This document shows, one piece after another, positions 19,584 to 30,417 of a DNA stretch of 47,113 nt (positions are counted from its first letter, which is position 1; every line of letters starts with the position of its first letter). The notes beneath the pieces are model-generated. The model was not told the origin of the DNA. It saw nothing but the letters and a program-made list of their open reading frames with translations, and searched no databases. The stretch spans positions 1 through 47,113 of the forward strand of contig CAZJKW010000001.1 of assembly GCA_964546835.1 (NCBI GenBank). Direction: 5' to 3'. The translations under genes and the position numbers were made by a program. Source of the DNA: an uncultured Fimbriimonadales bacterium. Its GTDB lineage: Bacteria > Armatimonadota > Fimbriimonadia > Fimbriimonadales > ATM1.

Positions 19584-20744
19584 ATGATGCCCGAAAGTCT
19601 TTTTGAATCCCGAGCAAACATTAAGGTCATTGGCGTAGGCGGTGGCGGCTGTAACGCGGTTAATCGAATGATAGCGTCCCGCGTTCTTGGAGTCACGTTT
19701 GTTGCGATGAATACCGACGCGCAAGCGCTTGCGGTTTCCAAGGCGGCTGTTCGTATGCAACTTGGCGAGCGTTTGACTCACGGACTTGGGTCCGGTGGCG
19801 ACCCTTCGATTGGAGAAGCGGCTGCCAAAGAGAGCGTCGCGATGATTGAACAGATAGTCAGCGACGCGGACATGGTGTTTGTCACTGCAGGGATGGGTGG
19901 CGGCACGGGAACAGGAGCGGCTCCGGTTGTTGCGGAAGTTGCAAAACGCAAGGGCGTCCTTACTGTTGGAGTTGTCACGAAGCCGTTTAGTTTTGAGGGG
20001 AAGAAGCGGCAGCGTCAAGCGGAAGAAGGTGCCGCCATGCTCACCGAAAACGTGGACACCTTGATTACCGTTCCGAATGACCGTTTGGTGGAAACGGTAG
20101 ACCGTAAAGCAACCATGAGTCAGGCGTTTTTGCAAGCGGATGACGTTTTGAGAGCCGGAGTTCAGGGTATCAGCGAAATCATTCTGACTCCCGGAATGAT
20201 TAACGTTGATTTTGCGGACGTCAAAAGTGTGATGAGCAATGCGGGCGTTGCCTTGATGGGTTTGGGATATGCAAGAGGCGAGAATCGAACCCGAATGGCA
20301 GCTGAATCTGCTGCCAATAGTCCGCTTTTAGAAACGAACATCGAAGGAGCGCGCCGTTTGTTGGTGAACATAACGAGCGGCCCTGACTTTACGCTTGGGG
20401 AAGCCCATGAGGCGATGGAGTATTTGATGCAGTTCACCAACCCGGATGACGCTGACATTATCATGGGTCATGTGGTTCGTCATGAACTGCAGGACGCCGT
20501 TCAGATTACGGTGCTTGCGGCGGGTATGCACGCAAGAGGCACCCAATACCGTCCTGTTTCAAGAGTTGCCGCTGAGCCGGTTATTCGACAGGAACCGGTG
20601 GCGGAAACCACTTATGAGTCGGCAAGACCTTTAGGTCTTTCTGAAATGCTCGGCGGTGAAGAGCCGGAAGCGGAAACCGTTGCTGCCGGAGTTCCAAATT
20701 TGGATATCCCGACCTTCTTAAGACAACAGCGCGGCAGAAGGTAG
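19584..20744 (+). CDS. ftsZ: Cell division GTPase FtsZ
   Basis: [17 protein letters not shown] and the tubulin signature [13 protein letters not shown] chose the ATG at 19584, with GGAG 12-13 nt upstream. The track ORF starts at GTG 19557. Confidence 0.95.
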   Translation: MMPESLFESRANIKVIGVGGGGCNAVNRMIASRVLGVTFVAMNTDAQALAVSKAAVRMQLGERLTHGLGSGGDPSIGEAAAKESVAMIEQIVSDADMVFVTAGMGGGTGTGAAPVVAEVAKRKGVLTVGVVTKPFSFEGKKRQRQAEEGAAMLTENVDTLITVPNDRLVETVDRKATMSQAFLQADDVLRAGVQGISEIILTPGMINVDFADVKSVMSNAGVALMGLGYARGENRTRMAAESAANSPLLETNIEGARRLLVNITSGPDFTLGEAHEAMEYLMQFTNPDDADIIMGHVVRHELQDAVQITVLAAGMHARGTQYRPVSRVAAEPVIRQEPVAETTYESARPLGLSEMLGGEEPEAETVAAGVPNLDIPTFLRQQRGRR

Positions 20745-20835
20745 GGCTTTTGCCCTGAATTGGTTCATTGGATGCAAAGCGACCTGCTTTGACCCAACGC
20801 AGTTTCTGTTACTTCGGTAACAATGTAGTTTCCAA

Positions 20836-21360
20836 ATGTATGAATGGTATTACGTCGGGCAATATGGCCAGTTAGGTCCGCTTGATTTCGACCAAATGGT
20901 TGAACTTGCGGAATCGGGTGTGATTTTGCCCAGCACATACGTTTGGAAAGAAGGGATGAGTGATTGGCGTGAAGCGAGGCTGGTGCCTGAACTTTTGTCG
21001 AAAATCCCAAGTGCGGGACCCCCGCCGCCACCGCCAACTGCCGTTGCCAATTCGAGTGTGACAAAGCCGAATTGGTCTAACCCACCGGGAGATTTGCAAC
21101 AACAGTATTACGCATCCCAATCCTATTTGTATCAAGGCACAATTGCCAGTCCGTTTAGCCGAGTTTTGGCAGGTGTTCTCAACATCTTTTTGCCGGGTGT
21201 GGGTCGGATTTATTTGGGTTATCAAGCCATCGGCGTATTGCAATTGGTTCTGACTATCTGCACATTTGGTGTGTTTTGGTTGTGGCCATTTATTGATGGT
21301 ATTTTGATTTTGGTTGGAACCGTTCGGCTTGACGGATACGGAAGAACATTGCCCGATTAG
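20836..21360 (+). CDS. GYF_2 (DUF4339)-like N-terminal domain, proline-rich linker, and TM2-domain membrane protein
   Basis: N terminus WYYVGQYGQLGPLDFDQMVELAESGVILPSTYVWKEGMSDW, then a PPPPPP linker, then two hydrophobic helices with the GVGRIYLG motif typical of TM2. Confidence 0.7.
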   Translation: MYEWYYVGQYGQLGPLDFDQMVELAESGVILPSTYVWKEGMSDWREARLVPELLSKIPSAGPPPPPPTAVANSSVTKPNWSNPPGDLQQQYYASQSYLYQGTIASPFSRVLAGVLNIFLPGVGRIYLGYQAIGVLQLVLTICTFGVFWLWPFIDGILILVGTVRLDGYGRTLPD

Positions 21361-22712
21361 GCGATGTTTTTGGGTAGCCAGGATTTAAGAAAATCTTTTG
21401 CCCTGCAAGGACAAACGCGAATATCCATTTTTGTGATTTCTCTTAATTGATCAATTGTCATGTTGTCTAAGAAGAGCGTTTCCTCTTTTAAGGTGATGTC
21501 CGGGATTGCGATAATTCCTTTGGGTTTGTGATGTTTTAAAGCGGTGATGATATCTTGGCCGGTTAAAAGTCCTGCTATTGTGATTCCATCGCCAAAAAAG
21601 TGATTAACTACGACGCAAACATCCACTGACAGATTTTCTATTTTTGAGAGTGTGTTTGCAAAATCCATGATGACTCGTGATGGAAGTGCACCGGTTACAA
21701 GAGTCAAGTTTGTTTTTTGATTTATTTTTTTAGGTAGTGATTTGTAACCATGTTTTGCTTGTTCCAAAAAGAGGCGGCAAGTACCAACACCATCTTCGAA
21801 TTGCGGAAAATCTTCGTAATAAGAGCGCGATGGAATCTTTTTTTCGGCGTAAAAAAACCACTCATCGGTTGGAAAGACAAATCTTGTCCCCAATTTTTGT
21901 TTTAGACGTGATTGCCATTTTTGAACTTGAATCAGGAATTGTTTTGAATAATCCGGAGTTACTTTTGGAATTGGATAAAGGTTGTGGCGAAATTTGGTTA
22001 GTCCAACGGGCACAACGGCAACGGACAAAACCCCGGCGTGATGATTAGTATATTCTGCGTGTAATTCGGACAGTTGTTCGATGGTTTTGTCGAGGGAACT
22101 TCCATCGTTAAGACCGGGGCAAAGGACGACTTGGCAATGGACCGAAATACCGGATTGAATCAGGTCTTTCAGTCGAGGGAGTATCGGTTCGGGTTGTGCT
22201 CTTCCCAGCATAAAACCTCGGAGTCGTGGGTCGGTTGCGTGGACAGAAACATATAAAGGAGATAAACCTTGCTGTTTGGTTCGTTCAAATTCTTCTTCGC
22301 TCATATTGGTAAGCGTTACGTAATTTCCGTGCAGAAAACTAAGTCGAAAATCATCATCCATTAAGTAAAGCGATTTTCTCATGCCTTTTGGCATTTGATG
22401 AATAAAGCAGAAAACGCATTTATTGTCGCAGGTGTGAATTTGGTCTGCCAATTCAAATGAGAATGTAATGCCAAGGTCTTCGCCCCATTCGCGCTCCATT
22501 AAAATGTTTTGATATTCGCCTTGTCTGACCAGTGTTACTTCGAATTGCTCTTCGCTTGTATGGAATCGAAAATCAATGATGTCATCGACAGATTGTTGAT
22601 TCACTTTTCTAATTACATCTTCGGGCAGTAAGCCGGCACGAGATGCCGGAGAATTTGGCTCTATTTGGCTGATTACCAATCCTCTTGTTTTTAGTTGAAT
22701 CAATTCGGACAT
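21357..22712 (-). CDS. PDZ domain plus radical-SAM-like DUF512 family protein
   Basis: N-terminal PDZ-like IEPNSPASRAGLLPEDVI, a CDNKCVFCF (Cx3Cx2C) cluster motif, 451 aa. Confidence 0.75.
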   Translation of the reverse strand: MSELIQLKTRGLVISQIEPNSPASRAGLLPEDVIRKVNQQSVDDIIDFRFHTSEEQFEVTLVRQGEYQNILMEREWGEDLGITFSFELADQIHTCDNKCVFCFIHQMPKGMRKSLYLMDDDFRLSFLHGNYVTLTNMSEEEFERTKQQGLSPLYVSVHATDPRLRGFMLGRAQPEPILPRLKDLIQSGISVHCQVVLCPGLNDGSSLDKTIEQLSELHAEYTNHHAGVLSVAVVPVGLTKFRHNLYPIPKVTPDYSKQFLIQVQKWQSRLKQKLGTRFVFPTDEWFFYAEKKIPSRSYYEDFPQFEDGVGTCRLFLEQAKHGYKSLPKKINQKTNLTLVTGALPSRVIMDFANTLSKIENLSVDVCVVVNHFFGDGITIAGLLTGQDIITALKHHKPKGIIAIPDITLKEETLFLDNMTIDQLREITKMDIRVCPCRAKDFLKSWLPKNIA

Positions 22713-22731
22713 TCGTGTATGATGTGACCTT

Positions 22732-23214
22732 ATGACGATTATGACAGTTGCCTGCTTGACTTTAGGGTTAATTTTTGGAGGTCCAAAAATGGAGCCGAAA
22801 ATTTCGATAAATGACGTTGGGTGGATTGCCGGAACTTGGAAAGGAGAGTCTGAAGGCGCTCAGGTTGAAGAGCACTGGATGAAACCGCGCGGGAAATCGA
22901 TGGTGGGAATGTATCGGGAAGCGACGGATGAGCGCTTGATTATGTTTGAGTCGCTGTTGATTGAGGAAGCGGCTGACGGGGTTTGGTTGCGCTTTAACAT
23001 TTTTAGAAGTGGCTTTAAGCCGCGGAGTGACAAGTTGCTGGTTGCAAAAGTTGTGAAAGCGGAGAAGGGTTTTGTGATTTTTGAATCGCCGCCGGATGCA
23101 GAAAAACTGCGGTTGACTTATCGGTTAAAAGGTGAAGAGTTAACGGTGACGGTTGAAGTTGAAAGACAGGGGAAACCGGTTTCGTTTGATGTTGTGATGA
23201 AGAAAGCAAAATAA
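22732..23214 (+). CDS. Hypothetical protein (resembles the DUF6265 lipocalin-like family)
   Basis: 160 aa with a hydrophobic N terminus and WIAGTWKGE...VEEHW as recalled for that family. It is followed by a clear terminator. Confidence 0.55.
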   Translation: MTIMTVACLTLGLIFGGPKMEPKISINDVGWIAGTWKGESEGAQVEEHWMKPRGKSMVGMYREATDERLIMFESLLIEEAADGVWLRFNIFRSGFKPRSDKLLVAKVVKAEKGFVIFESPPDAEKLRLTYRLKGEELTVTVEVERQGKPVSFDVVMKKAK

Positions 23215-23218
23215 AAAA

Positions 23219-23240
23219 GGCAACCAAAGGTTGCCTTTTT
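23219..23240 (+). terminator. Rho-independent terminator
   Basis: ggcaacc (23219-23225), loop aaa, ggttgcc (23229-23235), then ttttt. It is preceded by an A-run, so it could work in both directions. Confidence 0.8.
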
Positions 23241-23249
23241 ATGTCGAAA

Positions 23250-23267
23250 GTTTCCCGACCGGGAAAC
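23250..23267 (-). terminator. Hairpin terminator for the minus-strand thioredoxin-fold gene
   Basis: gtttccc / gggaaac, a 7-bp stem with a 4-nt loop. On the minus strand it is followed by tttcg. It lies 12 nt after the stop at 23279. Confidence 0.55.
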
Positions 23268-23278
23268 GCTTAGATGCT

Positions 23279-23845
23279 TCACCCGGCTTGGACATCTTTT
23301 GGCGCTCCTGTAAAGTCAATTACGGGGGCTTTGATGCCCAACTGTTGTGCAGCCATTGTTGCGGCTTCTTTCAAGAAACCGGCTGAATAGCCATCCCAAA
23401 CTTTGAGGACTTTTCCGTTTTTGGCAATCAAGAATGCAGTTGGCGCACTTTGTACGCCATAAGCACTGATGATTCTTTTTGCCGAGTCAGGAATTGCGTC
23501 AAATTGAATTCGATGTGAAGTCAACCACTTTTGGGATTCGGATTTTGATGCGTTGGTGACACCGATGACCGTAAGTTTTGTATTCGCAAAACCGGTGCGT
23601 GTTCGCTCCATGTATTTTGCTGCAGCATCTGTTACGGGACACGTTGTCGAAATGAAATAGACAAGCACGGGGCCATTCGTTCGCGCAGTTGCAAGGGAAA
23701 ACGATTTGTTTTTCACTGTTGCGCCTGAAAGATTGGGTGCCTGTTTGCCGGCGATACCGGCTTGCTTGCCAGCGATTGCAATTGAGAAACCGACTGCAAT
23801 GGCTCCGATGGCAAGGATGGAAGCGATTCTTTGCTTCATAGCCAT
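23279..23845 (-). CDS. Thioredoxin-fold (TlpA/redoxin-like) exported protein with single-Cys CPVT motif
   Basis: Signal/TM segment ASILAIGAIAVGFSIAIA, then VLVYFISTTCPVTD where a CxxC would normally sit. 188 aa. Confidence 0.65.
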   Translation of the reverse strand: MAMKQRIASILAIGAIAVGFSIAIAGKQAGIAGKQAPNLSGATVKNKSFSLATARTNGPVLVYFISTTCPVTDAAAKYMERTRTGFANTKLTVIGVTNASKSESQKWLTSHRIQFDAIPDSAKRIISAYGVQSAPTAFLIAKNGKVLKVWDGYSAGFLKEAATMAAQQLGIKAPVIDFTGAPKDVQAG

Positions 23846-23872
23846 ATTATGGCGCGCAGGTACAGTTTGGGG

Positions 23873-24850
23873 ATGAGAATCGGGATTGTCGGTGGCGGGG
23901 TTTCCGGGCTTGCCGCGGCAAGGAAATTAAAAAATGAGGGAATGGAGCCGGTCTTGTTCGAGGCAAATGAGAGGTTGGGGGGAAGAGTTGAGACCGTTGA
24001 AATTGAAGGTTGCGTTGTAGATACGGCTTTACAAACCTTTACGCCTCGGGGATTAGGACTGGAATTTGCACTTTTGAGGGATTTGCCTCAAGAGAACTTG
24101 GTGCGGATCGAAAAGCCGATTTATTTATTAGATCTTGGCCGAGTGATTGCAGGAGCACCTGAAAGGAACAAGCAACGTAGATATACGTACCAAAAAGGAG
24201 CGAATGAATTTTCAAAATTGATGGCTAACGGACTAGACATACGGTTAAACAAAAAAGTTGAATCGATTCATGTCAACGGAAAAATGTTTCAAATTTTCGG
24301 TGAGGAATTTGATAAAGTCATTTTAACTGCGCCAGGTCCAGTCTCTGAATTGTTATTGAGGACGGTTGGAGACAAAAGAAATTTATCACAAATTCGGTAT
24401 CGGCCTTGTTTGTCTGTAGTTGTTGGATATAAGAAGTCACTGTCTCCGCAATCCTATTCTGCATTACTAAACGTAGACCGCATGTCTCCCGTTTTGTGGC
24501 TTGGGCTGGAACATGAAAAATGCAGAGCCAGAATTCCCGAAGGACAATCGGTTTTTGTTGCACAAATGGGTCCGTATTATTCTGCAGAGTATTTTGAACA
24601 GCCCGAAAAAGTGATTGTATCCATGGCGGTCTCGGTTATCCAAAAGATTTTTGGTACGGATTTTTCAACTCCAGACTGGACGTTAGTTAAGCGATACGCA
24701 ATATCTCAACCGGAGACGATTGCACTATTTGATAGCATTAATAGAGGGAATCCTCCCATCATTATTGCCGGAGATGGAACGCTTGCCGGTCGCGCAGAGA
24801 ACGCCTATGAAACAGGATTAATGGCAGCAGAAATGGCAATGCAAAAATGA
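23873..24850 (+). CDS. FAD/NAD(P)-binding oxidoreductase (amine oxidase / renalase-like)
   Basis: MRIGIVGGGVSGLAAARKL...FEANERLGGRV dinucleotide-binding motif. I chose the ATG at 23873 to avoid overlapping the divergent gene. 23849 is an alternative. Confidence 0.7.
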   Translation: MRIGIVGGGVSGLAAARKLKNEGMEPVLFEANERLGGRVETVEIEGCVVDTALQTFTPRGLGLEFALLRDLPQENLVRIEKPIYLLDLGRVIAGAPERNKQRRYTYQKGANEFSKLMANGLDIRLNKKVESIHVNGKMFQIFGEEFDKVILTAPGPVSELLLRTVGDKRNLSQIRYRPCLSVVVGYKKSLSPQSYSALLNVDRMSPVLWLGLEHEKCRARIPEGQSVFVAQMGPYYSAEYFEQPEKVIVSMAVSVIQKIFGTDFSTPDWTLVKRYAISQPETIALFDSINRGNPPIIIAGDGTLAGRAENAYETGLMAAEMAMQK

Positions 24851-26217
24851 CCGCAATTGAGTTGATTGCTGAAGCAACGAAAGACACGAAGTGGAAGAAC
24901 CGAGTTTATTTGGTTGGAGGGTCGGTGCGTGATGAGTTGTTAGGAATTGAGAACTCCGGTGATTACGATTTGGTGGTTGAAGGCGACGCGCTGTCGGTTG
25001 CAAAATTATTGAAACAAAAAAAGTTGACTTCAATTTCGCCGGTCATTTATCCGCGATTCGGGACCGCGATGGTGTTGGTTGAAGGTTCGAGAATTGAACT
25101 TGCATCGGCGAGATCTGAATCTTATGAATCCGAAAGCAGAAAACCGAAAACAAAGCCGGCCACTTTAAAGGAGGATATGTTGAGGCGAGATTTTACGATA
25201 AATGCGCTTGCCAAGAATATTCATTCCGGTGAATTATTGGATTTGTTAGGGGTAGGATTACGTGACTTAAGAAAGAGAATTTTAAGAACCCCTTTGGAGC
25301 CATCGGCAACGTTTCGAGACGATCCTCTCAGAATGCTACGTGCCATTAGGTTCAAAAATCGTTTTGATTTTGTGCCTGCGCCGGGTTTGTTGGAAGCGAT
25401 TAATGCGGAAAGTCATCGGCTGAAAATCATCAGTTTTGAGCGAATTCGTGATGAGTTTATTAAGATGCTGTTTCACTTTTCCGCTACGAAAAGTTTGGAA
25501 GATTTGTTAAACACGGGATTGCTGAAAAATTTCATACCCGAATTGATTGAAGGTGTGGGAGTCGAGCAAGGTGAATATCACTCGAAAGATGTTTGGGGAC
25601 ACACTCTTGATGTGATTAATCAGATTGTTTACATGTTATCGGGTAGCGATGAAGAAGATTTAGTTGTTCTGTTTTCCTGCTTGTTTCATGATATTGCCAA
25701 ACCGAGAACTAAGTCAGTTGAAGCAGGGGGTCGCATTCGTTTTATTGGACATGAAAAGGTTGGAGAAGAAATGGCGGTCTTGATTTGTAAGCGACTACGA
25801 CTTAATCGTTTTCAAGGATTAGCAATTGGGAAACTCGTTAGAAACCATATGAGATTGGGTTCAGCGATTCCTTTTACTTTGTCTGCAGCACGAAGGCTCG
25901 TAAGAGAGATGGGCTCATTAACGGAACCACTCTTAAGACTTTGCGAGGCTGATGCAAACGCTGTCGGAAAAATTAGCAAAGGTATTGATTTTTCGGATGT
26001 GAGAGGAAAAATTGAAGCGATTGGACATCAAAGCAGTGTGTTAAGGTTGGAGTCGCCGCTAAGTGGAAACGAGATTATGAAGGCACTAAAAATTCCATCT
26101 GGAAAACTTGTTGGCGAGCTAAAAACGAAATTAACAGAAGCAGTTTTGGACGGCAAAATTAAGTCAGGAGACAAAAACAGTGCCTTGAAACTTCTGAAAA
26201 AGATTCAAGGCACTTAG
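24847..26217 (+). CDS. cca: CCA-adding enzyme / tRNA nucleotidyltransferase with HD domain
   Basis: GGSVRDELLG, a RRDFTINA motif, and a later HD-domain FHDIAKP. ATGA overlap with the upstream gene. Confidence 0.8.
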   Translation: MTAIELIAEATKDTKWKNRVYLVGGSVRDELLGIENSGDYDLVVEGDALSVAKLLKQKKLTSISPVIYPRFGTAMVLVEGSRIELASARSESYESESRKPKTKPATLKEDMLRRDFTINALAKNIHSGELLDLLGVGLRDLRKRILRTPLEPSATFRDDPLRMLRAIRFKNRFDFVPAPGLLEAINAESHRLKIISFERIRDEFIKMLFHFSATKSLEDLLNTGLLKNFIPELIEGVGVEQGEYHSKDVWGHTLDVINQIVYMLSGSDEEDLVVLFSCLFHDIAKPRTKSVEAGGRIRFIGHEKVGEEMAVLICKRLRLNRFQGLAIGKLVRNHMRLGSAIPFTLSAARRLVREMGSLTEPLLRLCEADANAVGKISKGIDFSDVRGKIEAIGHQSSVLRLESPLSGNEIMKALKIPSGKLVGELKTKLTEAVLDGKIKSGDKNSALKLLKKIQGT

Positions 26218-26224
26218 TTCTTGT

Positions 26225-26965
26225 TTATCTTCGAAGTTTTGCCAACAGTCGCAAAACTTCAATGTACAGCCAAATGATAGTGATTAGAAGTCCGAAAGCG
26301 GCGAACCACTCAACATATTTCGGGGCTTGTCTGACGGCTCCTTGATCTATAAATTCGAAATCAAGGAACAGGTTTAAACAAGCCAACACGATGACGAACA
26401 AACTAAATGCTATTCCAATCGGTCCGCTTTCATGAATGAAAGGGATTTGAATGCCGGCAAAATGCAGACCGAAATTGACAAGATAAAGAAGCATCACAGC
26501 ACCCGTTGCCGCGAAAATTCCAAACCTCCATTTGTCATTCAGTTTGATAAGACCAGAACGATAAATCAGCAACATGGACATCACAATCATCAAGGTCAAA
26601 AGTACCGCTTGCAACACAATTCCGCTGTATTTGCCTTCGTACATAGCAGAAATTCCGCCGATTGCGAGACCTTCAACAACAGCATATATTGGAGCTGTGA
26701 TCGGTGCCCACTCTTGCTTGAAGGCAGTAGCAATTGCCAAAACAACGCCGCCGATGCAGCCACCAATAACCCATGGATAGACTGCTTGGGGTCCGCTTTG
26801 AACATACATCCACCAGGTGAACATTGCCGAAGCGGCGACCACCAAGACGAGCATGATGGTTTTGTTAAGGGCACCATTAACGGTCATAGCGTCCGGCCTT
26901 CTTAGGCCTGCTGCCGTGAAGTGGTGCAATGACTTCTCACTCAAAAATGGATTTGAACTTGCCAT
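26225..26965 (-). CDS. Bax inhibitor-1-like (BaxI_1/YccA-type) integral membrane protein
   Basis: I chose the start MASSNPFLS, the family-typical N terminus. About 7 hydrophobic segments. The track ORF starts 21 nt upstream at a TTG. Confidence 0.6.
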   Translation of the reverse strand: MASSNPFLSEKSLHHFTAAGLRRPDAMTVNGALNKTIMLVLVVAASAMFTWWMYVQSGPQAVYPWVIGGCIGGVVLAIATAFKQEWAPITAPIYAVVEGLAIGGISAMYEGKYSGIVLQAVLLTLMIVMSMLLIYRSGLIKLNDKWRFGIFAATGAVMLLYLVNFGLHFAGIQIPFIHESGPIGIAFSLFVIVLACLNLFLDFEFIDQGAVRQAPKYVEWFAAFGLLITIIWLYIEVLRLLAKLRR

Positions 26966-27040
26966 AGTCGTACCTATAGGATACAACGAATGGAAAGAAG
27001 ATTAAGGTTTCAATCGAAAATGCCGAAAATTTGACTTAAG

Positions 27041-29124
<2,084 letters not shown>

Positions 29125-29125
29125 C

Positions 29126-29215
29126 TAACTCCCGGTATTCCTTCCATCAGCAAGTGTGCTGACAGCATACTTACTTACGGTATTAGAACTAACAGCAAGA
29201 CTGCTAACGGTAGCA
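29126..29215. repeat. Two tandem imperfect 45-nt direct repeats in the pyrG upstream region
   Basis: By hand alignment, 29126-29170 matches 29171-29215 at 28 of 45 positions. The shared blocks cggtatt and cagcaag..tgct.ac keep identical spacing. Confidence 0.5.
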
Positions 29216-29321
29216 CTGCCAGACTTATTTCATTTCTATCACTATTAGCAGGTTTCGAATGTTAAATGATAGGCACTTAACGGAAAAACCACATTGCGAG
29301 ACCCTTGAGGAGGATAGAATA

Positions 29322-29414
29322 ATGTGGTACACGATAGTTGCAATCACTGTAGCCGGAGCAGCCTTAGCCGGTGCGTACAGTTTGTTGAAAGATTCTTTGG
29401 CAGACCTCTGGTAA
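29322..29414 (+). CDS. Putative 30-aa hydrophobic peptide (MWYTIVAITVAGAALAGAYSLLKDSLADLW)
   Basis: ATG preceded by GAGGAGG, which ends about 9 nt upstream. One predicted TM helix. It is followed by two GC-rich hairpins and is not in the supplied ORF track because it is too short. Confidence 0.45.
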   Translation: MWYTIVAITVAGAALAGAYSLLKDSLADLW

Positions 29415-29443
29415 TTCGGGGCACACCCGCCGTGCCTCTCGCT

Positions 29444-29480
29444 CGCGGGCTGGCTTAGGGCCGGCCCGCGATGCTGTTTT
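29444..29480 (+). terminator. GC-rich hairpin with U-tract downstream of the small ORF; abuts the Nudix stop
   Basis: cgcgggctggc (29444-29454) pairs with gccggcccgcg (29460-29470), 11 bp including one G-U, with loop ttagg, then atgctgtttt. A second 7-bp hairpin lies at 29418-29438. Confidence 0.6.
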
Positions 29481-29940
29481 ATCGAGACAACACTTCTTTG
29501 GAGTACGCGAACAACTGTTCGAACAGCGGGTTCCAAATGTGATAAACGTTTGGTAAGTTTTCAATAGAGACTTGTTGTCGGTCGCTGGATTCGCTGTGTG
29601 GCGGAATTTCGAGCCAGTCGTCAACTTCTCCCACGAACACCTCCGCCCATCTTACGGATTTGGGTTCGGTTATACGGTAACAGCCCAAATAAGTGACGTT
29701 CTTGGCCTTAACTCCGATTTCTTCGTAGGTTTCTCGAAGGGCAGCCGATAAGCCATCTTCGCCCGGCTCAAGGCGCCCGCTCGGAATGCTCCAGCCGCGA
29801 CCCGGAATGTATGCAATCACGGCTTCGTCTCCGTTCCAAACGAACATCATTGCCGCGAATGGACGAAAGGGCGGTCTTTCTGGTGCCGGCCAAAACTCAA
29901 GTTGTTTTTTGTTCCAATGCGAGGCAGGAAACTTCCTCAT
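29479..29940 (-). CDS. NUDIX hydrolase
   Basis: Nudix box GRLEPGEDGLSAALRETYEEIGV. 153 aa. ATGA-type overlap with lepB. Confidence 0.8.
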   Translation of the reverse strand: MRKFPASHWNKKQLEFWPAPERPPFRPFAAMMFVWNGDEAVIAYIPGRGWSIPSGRLEPGEDGLSAALRETYEEIGVKAKNVTYLGCYRITEPKSVRWAEVFVGEVDDWLEIPPHSESSDRQQVSIENLPNVYHIWNPLFEQLFAYSKEVLSR

Positions 29941-30407
29941 CTTTCGATAACTTTGCCCAAGATTTGGCCGTTTGGAACCGGACCGAAGGAGCGACTGTCC
30001 TCGCTCACTGCGGCATTGTCTCCGAGTACATAGACGTGTCCTTCAGGAACGACAAACTTGCCCTTGGTGAAATCCCAATCTTTTGGTTGATTGGAGAAAT
30101 CAACCGAATCACCCTCCAATGCGTAGACACGTTTTACGAGGTATTCGCCCGGTTTTTCGCCCTTTATAACGATAATGTCTCCCTTATTGATGGATACCAG
30201 CCAGAGGGCCTTGCAGACCAAAATATGGTCACCGTTTTTCAGGGTGTTTTCCATGGAATTGCCCTGAACCACAACCGTTTGAAAATTCAAAAAGAAAAAG
30301 AGCAGAAAGAGCATTACCAGGAGCAAAACGACCAAGAACCCTGTGCGCGCAACGGGTTTTAGGCCCTTCTTCTTGGCGGTGGGTGGTTTAGACAGATCGA
30401 ATTCCAT
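29937..30407 (-). CDS. lepB: Signal peptidase I
   Basis: N-terminal TM, a GNSMENTL catalytic Ser box, KRV (Lys box) and GDNAAVSEDSR. Confidence 0.85.
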   Translation of the reverse strand: MEFDLSKPPTAKKKGLKPVARTGFLVVLLLVMLFLLFFFLNFQTVVVQGNSMENTLKNGDHILVCKALWLVSINKGDIIVIKGEKPGEYLVKRVYALEGDSVDFSNQPKDWDFTKGKFVVPEGHVYVLGDNAAVSEDSRSFGPVPNGQILGKVIER

Positions 30408-30417
30408 GCTCGGTAGA

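Noticed and set aside
19440-20135. 231-aa ORF on the minus strand
   Set aside because: It lies entirely antisense to the highly conserved ftsZ coding region. It is Arg/Ser/His-rich and low in complexity, with no RBS. This is a typical shadow ORF of a more GC-rich gene.
23734-23780. Short tandem nucleotide repeat
   Set aside because: It encodes a duplicated AGKQAGIAGKQA peptide just after the signal anchor of the thioredoxin-fold protein. It has only two short units inside a CDS, so it is not a CRISPR or satellite array.
29225-29624. 103-aa and 86-aa minus-strand ORFs spanning the pyrG-Nudix gap
   Set aside because: They run through the GC-rich hairpins and overlap the Nudix 3' end. Their composition is Arg/Pro/Ala-rich as a by-product of GC content, and neither has an RBS. 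The short plus-strand ORF with a consensus SD explains the region better.
29811-30362. 183-aa ORF on the plus strand
   Set aside because: It is antisense to the Nudix and lepB genes, both of which carry clear catalytic motifs. The ORF has no recognisable motif.
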